From Actinomycetota bacterium (GTDB lineage Bacteria; Actinomycetota; Thermoleophilia; Gaiellales; F1-60-MAGs149), in NCBI GenBank assembly GCA_016870485.1, contig VGBM01000001.1, positions 293,068 to 357,067 of the forward strand: DNA of 64,000 bases, written 5' to 3'. Position numbers and translations under genes: made by a program. Below the pieces are notes generated by a model. It was not told the DNA's origin, searched no databases, and saw nothing but the letters and a program-made list of their open reading frames with translations. Below, piece by piece: positions 1 to 8,299 of this stretch (position 1 is its first letter; the number at the start of each line of letters is the position of its first letter).

Positions 1-330
1 GAAGGCGCTGGCCTGCGCGTGCTGGATCGCGTGGCCGACCTCGTGCGTCGCGATCGCGATCGCGGCGGGGGTCGGGTGGTCGAAGGTGGACTCGCTCAGG
101 CGCACGGTGCGCGAGCGCGGGTCGTAGTGGTCGGACAGCTGGCCGGGGACGCGCTCGACCGGGACGGACGAGAGGCCCTCGCCGTCGAGGACGACGCGGG
201 CCGCCTGGGCGCCGGTCAGGCCGCTCGAGACACGCACGTTGCTGCCCTTCTTGTGCGCCGAGCGGACCCACGCCTGCGCGGCGAAGCCGGCTCCCAGCAT
301 CGCGATGATGATGATCCAGGTGATGCTCAT
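1..330 (-). CDS. Putative neutral zinc metallopeptidase (YugP/Zn_peptidase_2 family), partial: 3' end runs off the window
   Basis: Manual translation from ATG at 330: MSITWIIIIAMLGAGFAAQAWVRSAHKK...GLTGAQAARVVLD...LSDHYDPRSRTVRLS...AIATHEVGHAIQHA. Has the DHYDP and HExGH motifs typical of the family. Not in the supplied ORF track. Confidence 0.88.
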   Translation of the reverse strand, partial: MSITWIIIIAMLGAGFAAQAWVRSAHKKGSNVRVSSGLTGAQAARVVLDGEGLSSVPVERVPGQLSDHYDPRSRTVRLSESTFDHPTPAAIAIATHEVGHAIQHAQASAF

Positions 331-508
331 GGTGGTGCGGGGCCTCCAGATGAAACGGTGCACCCGTCATGGTGGCAGCGCATTGCGGGGGTTTCCCTGT
401 CGGATTCCGGCAAGAAACGGGTCATCAGCCTTACCCGAAGTTGCCGGAAGCAGTCCGACCGGCGCGATGGCCCCGGCACCCGCGGGGCGTTCGCGGGGCG
501 ACCCCCAG

Positions 509-579
509 AGGCGACGACCGGAATCGAACCGGTGTGGACGGCTTTGCAGGCCGCTGCCTAGCCACTCGGCCACGTCGCC
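509..579 (-). tRNA. tRNA-Cys(GCA)
   Basis: Minus strand GGCGACG..GCCGAGTGGCTAGGC..GCGGC-CTGCAAA-GCCGT..ACCGG-TTCGATT-CCGGT-CGTCGCC-T. Full cloverleaf; CCA not encoded. Confidence 0.96.
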
Positions 580-627
580 ACGCCTCCGCAGGGGGGCTCG
601 GGAAAGACTACAGCGCCTCGGGCCGCA

Positions 628-1779
628 TCAGAGGCGGAGGGTCGTGAACACGGCTCCGCCGAGGGTGACGCGCACCGTCGCGACGCCCTTGACCCCCTTC
701 AGCGACACCATCCGCGTCACCGTCCCCGGCTTCGCCTCGGTGGACGAGCGAGTGACGAAGCGCCCGCGCACCTTGACGGCGATCACCAGCGGCTTCCCGG
801 CGGACGACGCCGGGACGGTCACCCTGACCTTGGCCTTGTCGCCGACGCGGGTGGCGACGGCACGAGCCGTGGTCGCGAGGGACGGTGCGGTCAACCGGTA
901 GGTCGGGCGTGAGAACGTGACCCGCGGGACGTCGATGAGCAGCCCGCCGACGCCCGCCGCCACCGTGAACTGCGTCCCGGGAGTGAGAGTGGTCGATTCC
1001 TCGGCGGTCTCGCTGCGGGTGATCTGCAGGGCCGTGACGATCTGCGCCAGCGTTGCTCCGCCGAAGCACGCCGAGGCCGTCGCCTCGGGGATGAGGGCCT
1101 GAAGCGCACCCGTGTTCAGCACCGGCGGACTGAGAGTGCCAGCCGTCAGGTGCGGTGCCGCCATGACGACCGAGATCGAGCCGCCCTCGGCGGATCCGCT
1201 CGCTCCCCCGGTGCCGTAGTTCGGGCAGGAGCCGCCCATCTTCACTTCGTACCAGCTCGCGCTGGCGCCGATCCACATGCCGACGAGCCCGTGGGGCGGT
1301 GCCCCGCTCGGCGTGAACCGGATCCCTCCGGTGATACGGGCGATGCTGTCCTGCAGCGGAACGAGGTCCGGGCCCGCGCTGGTCGTCGCGACCGGGGTCA
1401 GCACGAGGGTGATGTCCCGGCCATTCGGGCCGATGACGTACGACCTGACCCCCGCGTAGAGCTCGGCCGACGTGGTGGACGCGCCGTCGGGCAGCGCGAA
1501 GCCGAGGGTGAAGACGCGCGTCGCGTTGGCAGTGCCGAGATCCTCGATGCCGTCCGCCTGGGCGATGACGATCGAGTACGCCTCGCTGCCGTTCGGGAAG
1601 ACGCAGGCCATGTAGCCGGTGCCGTCCGCTGTCACCGTCGTACCGGTCGCCTCGGCGACACTGAGCGTCGCGGCCAGCGCAGGCGATCGATTGCACGCCG
1701 TGATCGCCGCGTCGGCCGGCGCGGGCAGGACCGAGGTGGCCGTGACGGCGATAACCGCGAAGAGGACAGCGGCGAGCAC
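628..1779 (-). CDS. Secreted hypothetical protein (signal peptide, Cys-containing core, basic beta-rich C-terminal domain)
   Basis: 383-aa ORF with an N-terminal hydrophobic signal ending PAPADA. No recognisable catalytic motif. Confidence 0.75.
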   Translation of the reverse strand: MLAAVLFAVIAVTATSVLPAPADAAITACNRSPALAATLSVAEATGTTVTADGTGYMACVFPNGSEAYSIVIAQADGIEDLGTANATRVFTLGFALPDGASTTSAELYAGVRSYVIGPNGRDITLVLTPVATTSAGPDLVPLQDSIARITGGIRFTPSGAPPHGLVGMWIGASASWYEVKMGGSCPNYGTGGASGSAEGGSISVVMAAPHLTAGTLSPPVLNTGALQALIPEATASACFGGATLAQIVTALQITRSETAEESTTLTPGTQFTVAAGVGGLLIDVPRVTFSRPTYRLTAPSLATTARAVATRVGDKAKVRVTVPASSAGKPLVIAVKVRGRFVTRSSTEAKPGTVTRMVSLKGVKGVATVRVTLGGAVFTTLRL

Positions 1780-1844
1780 GGATGGCGGCCTGCGCGTAGC
1801 CCTACGCTACGCCACTACGCTTGCGGACGCTAGAGTCCTCCCCG

Positions 1845-2828
1845 CTACAGCGCCTCGGCCAGCGCCCGTTCCAGCACGAGCGCCGGCGGCATCCGCGACA
1901 TGCCCTTGAGCGCCGCGTCGGCCTCGTGCATGCGACTGAGCGCGTGGCTGGCGTCGGCCGGCGACCAGACGCCGAGGGCGGCGAGCATCTTGCCGGCCCG
2001 AAACGGCGCCACGCCGAGCTCCTTGGCCAGCGCCTCCCGCGAGGGGCGCCCCTCCTCCCCCAGCTCGACCGTGCGCCGCACGAGCTCCACATGCCGCGTC
2101 AGCTGCGGCAGCACGCGATGCGGCTCCGCAGCGCCCGCCATCAGCCGCGTCAGCTCGCCGATCGCGCCGCGCCGGTCGCGTTCGGTGACGCAGTCGAGGA
2201 GCGCCCACGGCGCGTCGTCGTGGCGGGCGGCAACCATGGCCTCGACGAGGCCGAGCTCGACGGGGCCGTCGGGGCCATAGGTGGCGAGCTTCTCCAGCTC
2301 ACGCGTGATCTCGTCGGGGCGGTCGCCGAGCAGGTCCGTGAAGCGGGCCATCGCGTCCGGCGCGAACGCGAGGCCGAGGCGCTCCGCCTCCTGGCGAGCG
2401 AAGGCCGCGCTCTTCGGGGCGTCGAAGCGCAGGACCGCCTCCTTGCCGCCCGCCGTGCGCACGGCCTTCAGGAGCGGGTCGTCGTCGGGCCAGACGGGCT
2501 TGCGCGGATCGGCCGGCGCGTCGGCGACGAGGAGCAGCACGGTGCCCGGGCTCGGGTCCTGCACGTAGGCCACCAGCGGGTCGAGCCGCCCCGCGCGGCG
2601 GGGCTTGACCCAGGCGTCGATGCCCTCCACGACCACCAGCCGGTCGCGCGCGAAGAGGCCCTGCTGCGCGCACAGGAGCGCCACGTCCTGCGGGTCGGAT
2701 TCGGACGCGAGCAGCACGTCGACGGCGTCAGCGGGGAAGCGCCCGCGCAGCCGCTCGGCGGCGCGCCGCACCTTGCCGCGGTCCGTGCCCATCAGGAGGT
2801 AGGCGGGGCTGAGGGGCTGCGCGGCCAC
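1845..2828 (-). CDS. holA: DNA polymerase III delta subunit
   Basis: PAYLLMG start, GLFARDRLVVVEG, ELEKLATY. Canonical position downstream of comEC. Confidence 0.9.
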   Translation of the reverse strand: MAAQPLSPAYLLMGTDRGKVRRAAERLRGRFPADAVDVLLASESDPQDVALLCAQQGLFARDRLVVVEGIDAWVKPRRAGRLDPLVAYVQDPSPGTVLLLVADAPADPRKPVWPDDDPLLKAVRTAGGKEAVLRFDAPKSAAFARQEAERLGLAFAPDAMARFTDLLGDRPDEITRELEKLATYGPDGPVELGLVEAMVAARHDDAPWALLDCVTERDRRGAIGELTRLMAGAAEPHRVLPQLTRHVELVRRTVELGEEGRPSREALAKELGVAPFRAGKMLAALGVWSPADASHALSRMHEADAALKGMSRMPPALVLERALAEAL

Positions 2829-4218
2829 GGCCAGATCCTACCCGCCGGGCCGCGACGAGGCAGGCCGCGCCGGCAAGCGCCGGCACGGCCCACGCGGGCA
2901 CCGCGGCGCCGATCGCCGCGCCGCCGCGCGCGCACAGCACGATCCACGCGGCGGGCCACTGCGCGCACCAGGCAAGGCCGTCTGCAGCGGCCGGCGCGAC
3001 AGGGTCGACGGCGACCGCGGCGAGGGCGGTCCAGAGGACCAGCGGCACGGCCGGGGCCGCCGCGAGGTTGGCCGGTACGGACGCCGCGAGCGCGACCTGA
3101 CCGAAGTGCCACCAGCTGATCGGCGCCGTGGTCAGCGTCGCGGCGGCGGTCACCGCCGCGGCCGCCGCCACGACGTGTGGCAGGCGCGTCGCGGCCGCGA
3201 GGGCCCGCGTGTGCGGGGCGACCAGCAGGATGCCCGCCACCGCGGCGAACGACAGCTGCAGGCCGGGGTCGAACAGGCTGTGCGGGTTCCAGACGAGCAG
3301 AGCGGCCGCGCCGAGCCCGAGCACCCGCCACGCGGCCCGCGGCCGTCCAGCGAGCAGCGCGATGCAGCCGGCGCCGCCTGCGATCCCGGCCCGCACGACG
3401 CTCGGGTCGGGCCCGACCACCGCGACGTAGGCGAGGATCGCGGCGATCGCCGCCCCGAGCGCGTGGCGGCGGCTCCCCCCGAGCGCCCACGCCGCGAGCA
3501 CGACGAGGGCCACGAGCAGGGCCACGTTGCCGCCCGACACGGCCATCAGGTGCGCGAGGCCCGAGGCGCGCAGGTCGGCCACGGCGCCCGGCGAGAGCCC
3601 GGCGTCCGCCCCGAACGCGAGCCCCCGCACGACGGCGCCGGGATCGCCCTCGCCGGCGCCGGCGAGGGCGTCGAGGGCGTCGATCCGCAGGCGATCGGCG
3701 GCGCCCCACGCCCCGCCCCGCATCCCGACGACCTCGTAGCGGCGGATCCGGAGGACGGCGTGGACGCCCTGGCGGGCGAGCCAGGCCGCCTCGTCGAAGC
3801 CGTCCGCGGACGTCCGCGGCCGCTCCAGCCGCCCCGCGACGCGGAGCACGGCGCCGCGCGGAGGCGGCGCCCCCGACTCGAGGCGCAGGAGCACCGGGCC
3901 GCCGCCGGCGAGCTCCCCGACGGCGAGGCGCAGCCGGCCACCGCCGCGCCAGGCCTCGGCGACCGTGACCCGGCCGTCGACGACGGCCTCGCCGATCCGG
4001 ACGGCGAGGGGCTCGCGGGCGAGCGCCCCGAGCCGTGCGCCGCCCACGAGGCCGCCGAGCACGGCGAGGACCACGAGGGCGACCCCGCTGCGGCGGCGCG
4101 CGAGGACGGCCGCGCCCGCCCCGGCGAGCGCGATCGCGAGCGGCCCGGCGAGGAGGCTCGCGGCGGCCCCGGTCGCGAGCGCCGCCCCGACCAGGTCCGC
4201 CGTGACGGGGCGCCTCAC
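2728..4218 (-). CDS. comEC: ComEC/Rec2 competence membrane protein lacking the C-terminal metallo-beta-lactamase domain
   Basis: In-frame part of ORF 2728..4860 from GTG 4218, overlapping the comEA stop. Motifs GLAHLMAVSGGNV, PSVVRAG, NPHSLFDPGLQLSFAAV. Confidence 0.88.
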   Translation of the reverse strand: MRRPVTADLVGAALATGAAASLLAGPLAIALAGAGAAVLARRRSGVALVVLAVLGGLVGGARLGALAREPLAVRIGEAVVDGRVTVAEAWRGGGRLRLAVGELAGGGPVLLRLESGAPPPRGAVLRVAGRLERPRTSADGFDEAAWLARQGVHAVLRIRRYEVVGMRGGAWGAADRLRIDALDALAGAGEGDPGAVVRGLAFGADAGLSPGAVADLRASGLAHLMAVSGGNVALLVALVVLAAWALGGSRRHALGAAIAAILAYVAVVGPDPSVVRAGIAGGAGCIALLAGRPRAAWRVLGLGAAALLVWNPHSLFDPGLQLSFAAVAGILLVAPHTRALAAATRLPHVVAAAAAVTAAATLTTAPISWWHFGQVALAASVPANLAAAPAVPLVLWTALAAVAVDPVAPAAADGLAWCAQWPAAWIVLCARGGAAIGAAVPAWAVPALAGAACLVAARRVGSGRGRAAPQPRLPPDGHGPRQGAARRRAAARALPR

Positions 4219-4790
4219 GGGGCGACGAGGTCGCGCAGCTGGTCGAGCTTCGCCGGCCCGATCCCGGGCACCTCGACGAGCTGCTCGACGCTCGAGAAGC
4301 CGCCGTGCTCGTCGCGCCAGGCGATGATCCGCTCCGCCGTCGCCGGCCCGATCCCGGGCAGGGCGTCGAGGTCCTCGACGCTCGCGCCGTTCAGGTGCAC
4401 GAGGCCCGTGGTGCCGGTCGCGTAGCCCGCGCCGGCCTCGGGCACCGCGCCGATCGGGGCGAGCTCCGGCACGAGCACCTGCTCGCCGTCCGCGAGGAGC
4501 GAGGCGAGGTTCAGGGCCACGGCGTTGCCCTGGCGGGTGATCCCGCCGGCCCGCTCGATCGCGTCCACGACGCGGGAGCCGCGCGGCAGCGCGTACACCC
4601 CGGGCTCGCGGACCGCTCCCGTCACGTGCACGATGACGGGCTCCTCGGGCACCGGGGCGACCGCGCCGACCGTCTCGACCGACGCGGGCGGCTGCCCGTC
4701 CCCGCGCCCGCGCACGGCCGCGACGGCGGCCGCCAGGAGGAGGGCGACGGCCAGGCCGATCAGGAGCGTCCGGCGGCGGGGCGGGGACAT
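4215..4790 (-). CDS. comEA: ComEA DNA-binding competence protein (SLBB + helix-hairpin-helix)
   Basis: VHVTGAVREPGVY, LNLASLLADGEQVLVP, LDALPGIGPATAERII, EVPGIGPAKL. Confidence 0.93.
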   Translation of the reverse strand: MSPPRRRTLLIGLAVALLLAAAVAAVRGRGDGQPPASVETVGAVAPVPEEPVIVHVTGAVREPGVYALPRGSRVVDAIERAGGITRQGNAVALNLASLLADGEQVLVPELAPIGAVPEAGAGYATGTTGLVHLNGASVEDLDALPGIGPATAERIIAWRDEHGGFSSVEQLVEVPGIGPAKLDQLRDLVAP

Positions 4791-4872
4791 ACCCGGATCG
4801 TCGCCCGGCGCCGGGCACGGGACGGTGCCGCAGGCGCGCGGGTCGCGCGCGGCGGCGCACGCGGGGCGCGCG

Positions 4873-7371
4873 CTAGCGCACGACGATGTTGACGAGCTTG
4901 TCGGGGACCACGATCTCCTTCACGATCGTCTTGCCCTCCACGAGCTCCGCGATGCGCGGCAGCGCCTTGACGGCGGCCAGCACCTCGGACTCCGGCAGGT
5001 CGCAGGCGAGCTGCACCCGCTCGCGCAGCTTGCCGTTGACCTGCACGACGCACTCGAAGGCGTCGGCGACGAGCAGCGCCGGATCGGCCACGGGCCACGG
5101 CGCCTCCCACAGCCGCTCCCCGCCGAGCCGCCCCCAGAGCTCCTCGGCGATGTGCGGCGAGAAGGGCTGCACGAGCCCCACCAGGGTGCCCGCGGCGTGG
5201 CGCAGGGCCTGCGCGCCCACCGGATCCCCGATCAGCTCGTCACGGCCCCGCTCGATCCCGTTCAGGAGCTCCATCGTGGCCGCGATCGCCGTGTTGAACT
5301 GCAGGCGCCGGTCGATGTCCGCGGTCACGCGCTGGATGGTGCGGTGCGTCAGGCGCAGGAGCTCGAGCACGTCGCCCGCGGCGTCGGCGGGTGCGGCCGG
5401 CACGGGCGCGCCCGTGGTCTCCGCGGCGATCCGCCCGACCGCCTTCCAGAGCCGGTCGAGGAAGCGCGCCGGGCCGAGCACACCCGAGTCGGACCACTCC
5501 TTGTCCTGGTCGGGCGGACCCATGAAGAGCACGTACATGCGCAGCGCGTCGGCGCCGTAGCGGTCGACGATCGCGTCCGGGGCGACGACGTTGCCCTTGG
5601 ACTTGGACATCTTCGCGCCGTCCTTGTAGATCATCCCCTGCGTGAACAGGTTCGCGAACGGCTCGCGGAAGCCGACGTAGCCCGCGTCGTAGAGGACCTT
5701 CGTGAAGAAGCGGCTGTAGAGCAGGTGCAGGATCGCGTGCTCGACGCCGCCGATGTACTGGCCGACGGGCAGCCACCAGTCGACGTCGGCGCGCGTGAAG
5801 GCCTCCGCGTCGTCGTGCGCGTTGACGTAGCGCAGGTAGTACCAGGACGAATCGACGAAGGTGTCCATGGTGTCCGTCTCGCGCTGGGCGGGGCCGCCGC
5901 AGGACGGGCAGGCAACGGCGCGCCACTCCTCCGCGCTCGCGAGCGGCGAGCGCCCCTTGGGGGCGTAGTCGTCGATCTCGGGCAGCCGCACCGGCAGGTC
6001 GGCGTCGGGCACGGGCACCAGCCCGCAGGCGGGGCAGTCGACGATCGGGATCGGCGCGCCCCAGTAGCGCTGCCGTGAGACCAGCCAGTCGCGCAGCCGG
6101 TAGGCGGTCGTGCGCTCGCCGCGGCCGTCCTCGGCGAGCCAGGCCGGGATGGCCTCCTTCGCCGCGGCCACGGTCAGCCCGTCGAAGCGCCCCGAATTGA
6201 CGAGCACGGCGTCGTCGCCCGCGTCCGTGAAGGCCTCGGCCTGCACGTCGACCGCGCCCTCGACCGGGGCCACCACCTGGCGGATCTCGAGCCCGAAGGC
6301 GCGCGCGAAGGCGTGGTCGCGGTCGTCGTGGGCGGGCACCGCCATGATCGCGCCCGTGCCGTACTCGACGAGCACGTAGTCGGACACCCAGACCGGGATC
6401 TCCTCGTCGGTGACCGGGTTAAGGACGCGCCGGCCCGTATCGACGCCGGTCTTCGGGCGGTCCTCGCGCATCCGGTCCGCGACGGACTCGGCGCCGCGCC
6501 GGCGCACGTACTCCATGACCTCGTCCTCCGCGGGCGTGCCGCGCACCAGGTCGTGAACCAGCGGGTGCTCGGGGGCCAGCACGAAGAAGGTCGCGCCGAA
6601 GAGCGTGTCGGGGCGCGTCGTGAAGACGGGGATCGCCGCGTCGCCCCCGATCACGGGGAACCGCACCTCGGCCCCGTGCGAGCGGCCGATCCAGTTGCGC
6701 TGCATGGTCAGGACGCGCTCGGGCCACGACTCGAGCAGCTCCATGTCGTCGAGCAGCCGGTCCGCGTAGTCGGTGATCCGGAAGAACCACTGCTCAAGGT
6801 CGCGCGCCTCGACCTCGGTGCCGCAGCGCTCGCAGCGGCCGTCGACGACCTGCTCGTTGGCGAGCACCGTCTGGTCCTGCGGGCACCAGTTGACGGCGGC
6901 GCCCTTCTTGTAGGCGAGGCCACGCTCGAACATCCGCAGGAAGAGCCACTGCGTCCAGCGGTAGTACGCGGGGTCGGAGGTGGCGAGCTCGCGGCTCCAG
7001 TCGATCGACCAGCCCATCCGCAGCATCTGCTCGCGGATCCGCGCGATGTTGCGAGCCGTCACCTCGGCCGGCCTGCCGCCGGTCTTGATGGCGGCGTTCT
7101 CGGCGGGCAGCCCGAACGAGTCGTAGCCCATCGGGTGCAGCACCTGGAAGCCGGTGCGGCGGCGGAAGTGCGAGACGACGTCACCCATCGTGTAGTTGGT
7201 CACGTGCCCCATGTGCAGGTCGCCGGAGGGGTACGGCAGCATCTCCAGGACGTAGGCGCGGGGGCGCGCGTCCGCCGCCGAGTCGGCGGGGTTCGGGGTC
7301 TCAAAGGCCCGCTCGGCGGCCCAGAAGGCCTGCCAGCGGGCCTCGATCGCGTCGGGCTCGTAGCGTTCCAC
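4873..7371 (-). CDS. leuS: Leucine--tRNA ligase
   Basis: MLPYPSGDLHMGH (HIGH), KMSKSKGN (KMSKS), YIGGVEHAILHLLYSRF; 832 aa. Confidence 0.98.
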   Translation of the reverse strand: MERYEPDAIEARWQAFWAAERAFETPNPADSAADARPRAYVLEMLPYPSGDLHMGHVTNYTMGDVVSHFRRRTGFQVLHPMGYDSFGLPAENAAIKTGGRPAEVTARNIARIREQMLRMGWSIDWSRELATSDPAYYRWTQWLFLRMFERGLAYKKGAAVNWCPQDQTVLANEQVVDGRCERCGTEVEARDLEQWFFRITDYADRLLDDMELLESWPERVLTMQRNWIGRSHGAEVRFPVIGGDAAIPVFTTRPDTLFGATFFVLAPEHPLVHDLVRGTPAEDEVMEYVRRRGAESVADRMREDRPKTGVDTGRRVLNPVTDEEIPVWVSDYVLVEYGTGAIMAVPAHDDRDHAFARAFGLEIRQVVAPVEGAVDVQAEAFTDAGDDAVLVNSGRFDGLTVAAAKEAIPAWLAEDGRGERTTAYRLRDWLVSRQRYWGAPIPIVDCPACGLVPVPDADLPVRLPEIDDYAPKGRSPLASAEEWRAVACPSCGGPAQRETDTMDTFVDSSWYYLRYVNAHDDAEAFTRADVDWWLPVGQYIGGVEHAILHLLYSRFFTKVLYDAGYVGFREPFANLFTQGMIYKDGAKMSKSKGNVVAPDAIVDRYGADALRMYVLFMGPPDQDKEWSDSGVLGPARFLDRLWKAVGRIAAETTGAPVPAAPADAAGDVLELLRLTHRTIQRVTADIDRRLQFNTAIAATMELLNGIERGRDELIGDPVGAQALRHAAGTLVGLVQPFSPHIAEELWGRLGGERLWEAPWPVADPALLVADAFECVVQVNGKLRERVQLACDLPESEVLAAVKALPRIAELVEGKTIVKEIVVPDKLVNIVVR

Positions 7372-7537
7372 GGCAGGCAGGATACGGACTCACCCCGGGG
7401 GCGGAGCCGCCCGCCGCGTTGACCCACCCCTCACCCTCATGACGGAAACTTGTTAGAGCAGTCGCCCGAAAAGTTGCGATTCTTTCGTCAGATCGCCGGA
7501 ATCACTCCGGCAGGGACAGAGCAGGGGGAACACCACG

Positions 7538-8254
7538 ATGGAACTGACCTCGTCGCAGGAGCTGATCCTGTGGCTCGGCACCGCAGGCATGGCCGCCGGC
7601 GCCGCGATCATCGCCGCAATCGGCTTCAGCCTGCCGAACCACCAGCGGCACCACGTCACCGCGAGCTTCTTCGTCTGCGCAATCGCCGCCTGCGCCTACC
7701 TCGCGATGGCCACCGGCTCGGGCGTATGGATGGTCGACGACCAGCCCGTCTACTACGCCCGCTACCTCGACTGGCTCGTGACCACGCCGCTGCTCCTGCT
7801 CGGCCTGCTCACGGTCGGGTTCGCCCCGCTCACGGGCGGTGGGGAGGCCGGACGCACCCGCAACGGCCTGATCGGCTGGGTGCTCGGCGCGGACGTCCTG
7901 ATGATCGCCACCGGCCTCGTCGCGTCGCTGCGCGGCGACAGCAGCGATCGCTGGATCTGGTACGCCATCAGCCTCGTCTTCTTCCTGCTCGTGCTGTGGG
8001 GCCTGTTCGGCCCGGTCAAGCAGCACCTGGACGCGAAGATGACGCCGCTCTACACGAAGCTCCTGGGGATCCTGACGATCCTCTGGGTCATCTACCCGAT
8101 TCTCTGGGTCCTCGGCACCGAGGGCACCGGCGCGATCGGCCTGACCGGGGAGATCCTGGTCTTCGCGGTGATCGACGTGCTGAGCAAGGTCGGCTTCGGC
8201 ATCCTGCTGGTCCTCGGCATCAAGAGCATGTCGCGCTCGCACGCCGCGGCCTGA
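7538..8254 (+). CDS. Microbial (type-1) rhodopsin, DTG motif, probable outward proton pump
   Basis: Seven hydrophobic helices. Helix C RYLDWLVTTPLLLLGL (BR R82/D85/T89/G at 96), GADVLMI (D115/M118), LWVIYPILW, helix G IDVLSKVGFG (D212/K216). Confidence 0.95.
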   Translation: MELTSSQELILWLGTAGMAAGAAIIAAIGFSLPNHQRHHVTASFFVCAIAACAYLAMATGSGVWMVDDQPVYYARYLDWLVTTPLLLLGLLTVGFAPLTGGGEAGRTRNGLIGWVLGADVLMIATGLVASLRGDSSDRWIWYAISLVFFLLVLWGLFGPVKQHLDAKMTPLYTKLLGILTILWVIYPILWVLGTEGTGAIGLTGEILVFAVIDVLSKVGFGILLVLGIKSMSRSHAAA

Positions 8255-8265
8255 CGCTCCTCGGA

Positions 8266-8298
8266 CCCCCGCGCGGCGCCCCCGGGCCCGCGCGGGGG
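8266..8298. terminator. GC-rich hairpin between the convergent rhodopsin and enolase-like genes
   Basis: 11-bp inverted repeat CCCCCGCGCGG / CCGCGCGGGGG. No U-tract. Confidence 0.5.
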
Positions 8299-8299
8299 C

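Noticed and set aside
399-459. GCUGAUGAC resembles the 3' half of a fluoride (crcB) riboswitch, and CUGAUGA...GAAA resembles a hammerhead core
   Set aside because: The fluoride switch's 5' GAUGG/GAUGA pseudoknot strand is absent and no crcB/eriC gene follows. For a hammerhead, stem II and the cleavage-site stems cannot be formed. Kept only as an unassigned hairpin.
1795-1822. Short CTACGC repeats in the intergenic region
   Set aside because: Three irregularly spaced 6-mers without spacers of constant length; not a CRISPR array or convincing iteron.
7417-7428. GTTGACCCAC resembling the tRNA-Ala 3' end (GTGGACCCAA) as a possible attR
   Set aside because: Only a 6-nt exact core, which is expected by chance in GC-rich DNA.
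7538-8254. Rhodopsin as a xenorhodopsin, heliorhodopsin or actinorhodopsin
   Set aside because: D212 is retained (xenorhodopsins have Pro), the sequence is type-1-like rather than heliorhodopsin-like, and the motif is DTG rather than the DTE of actinorhodopsins.
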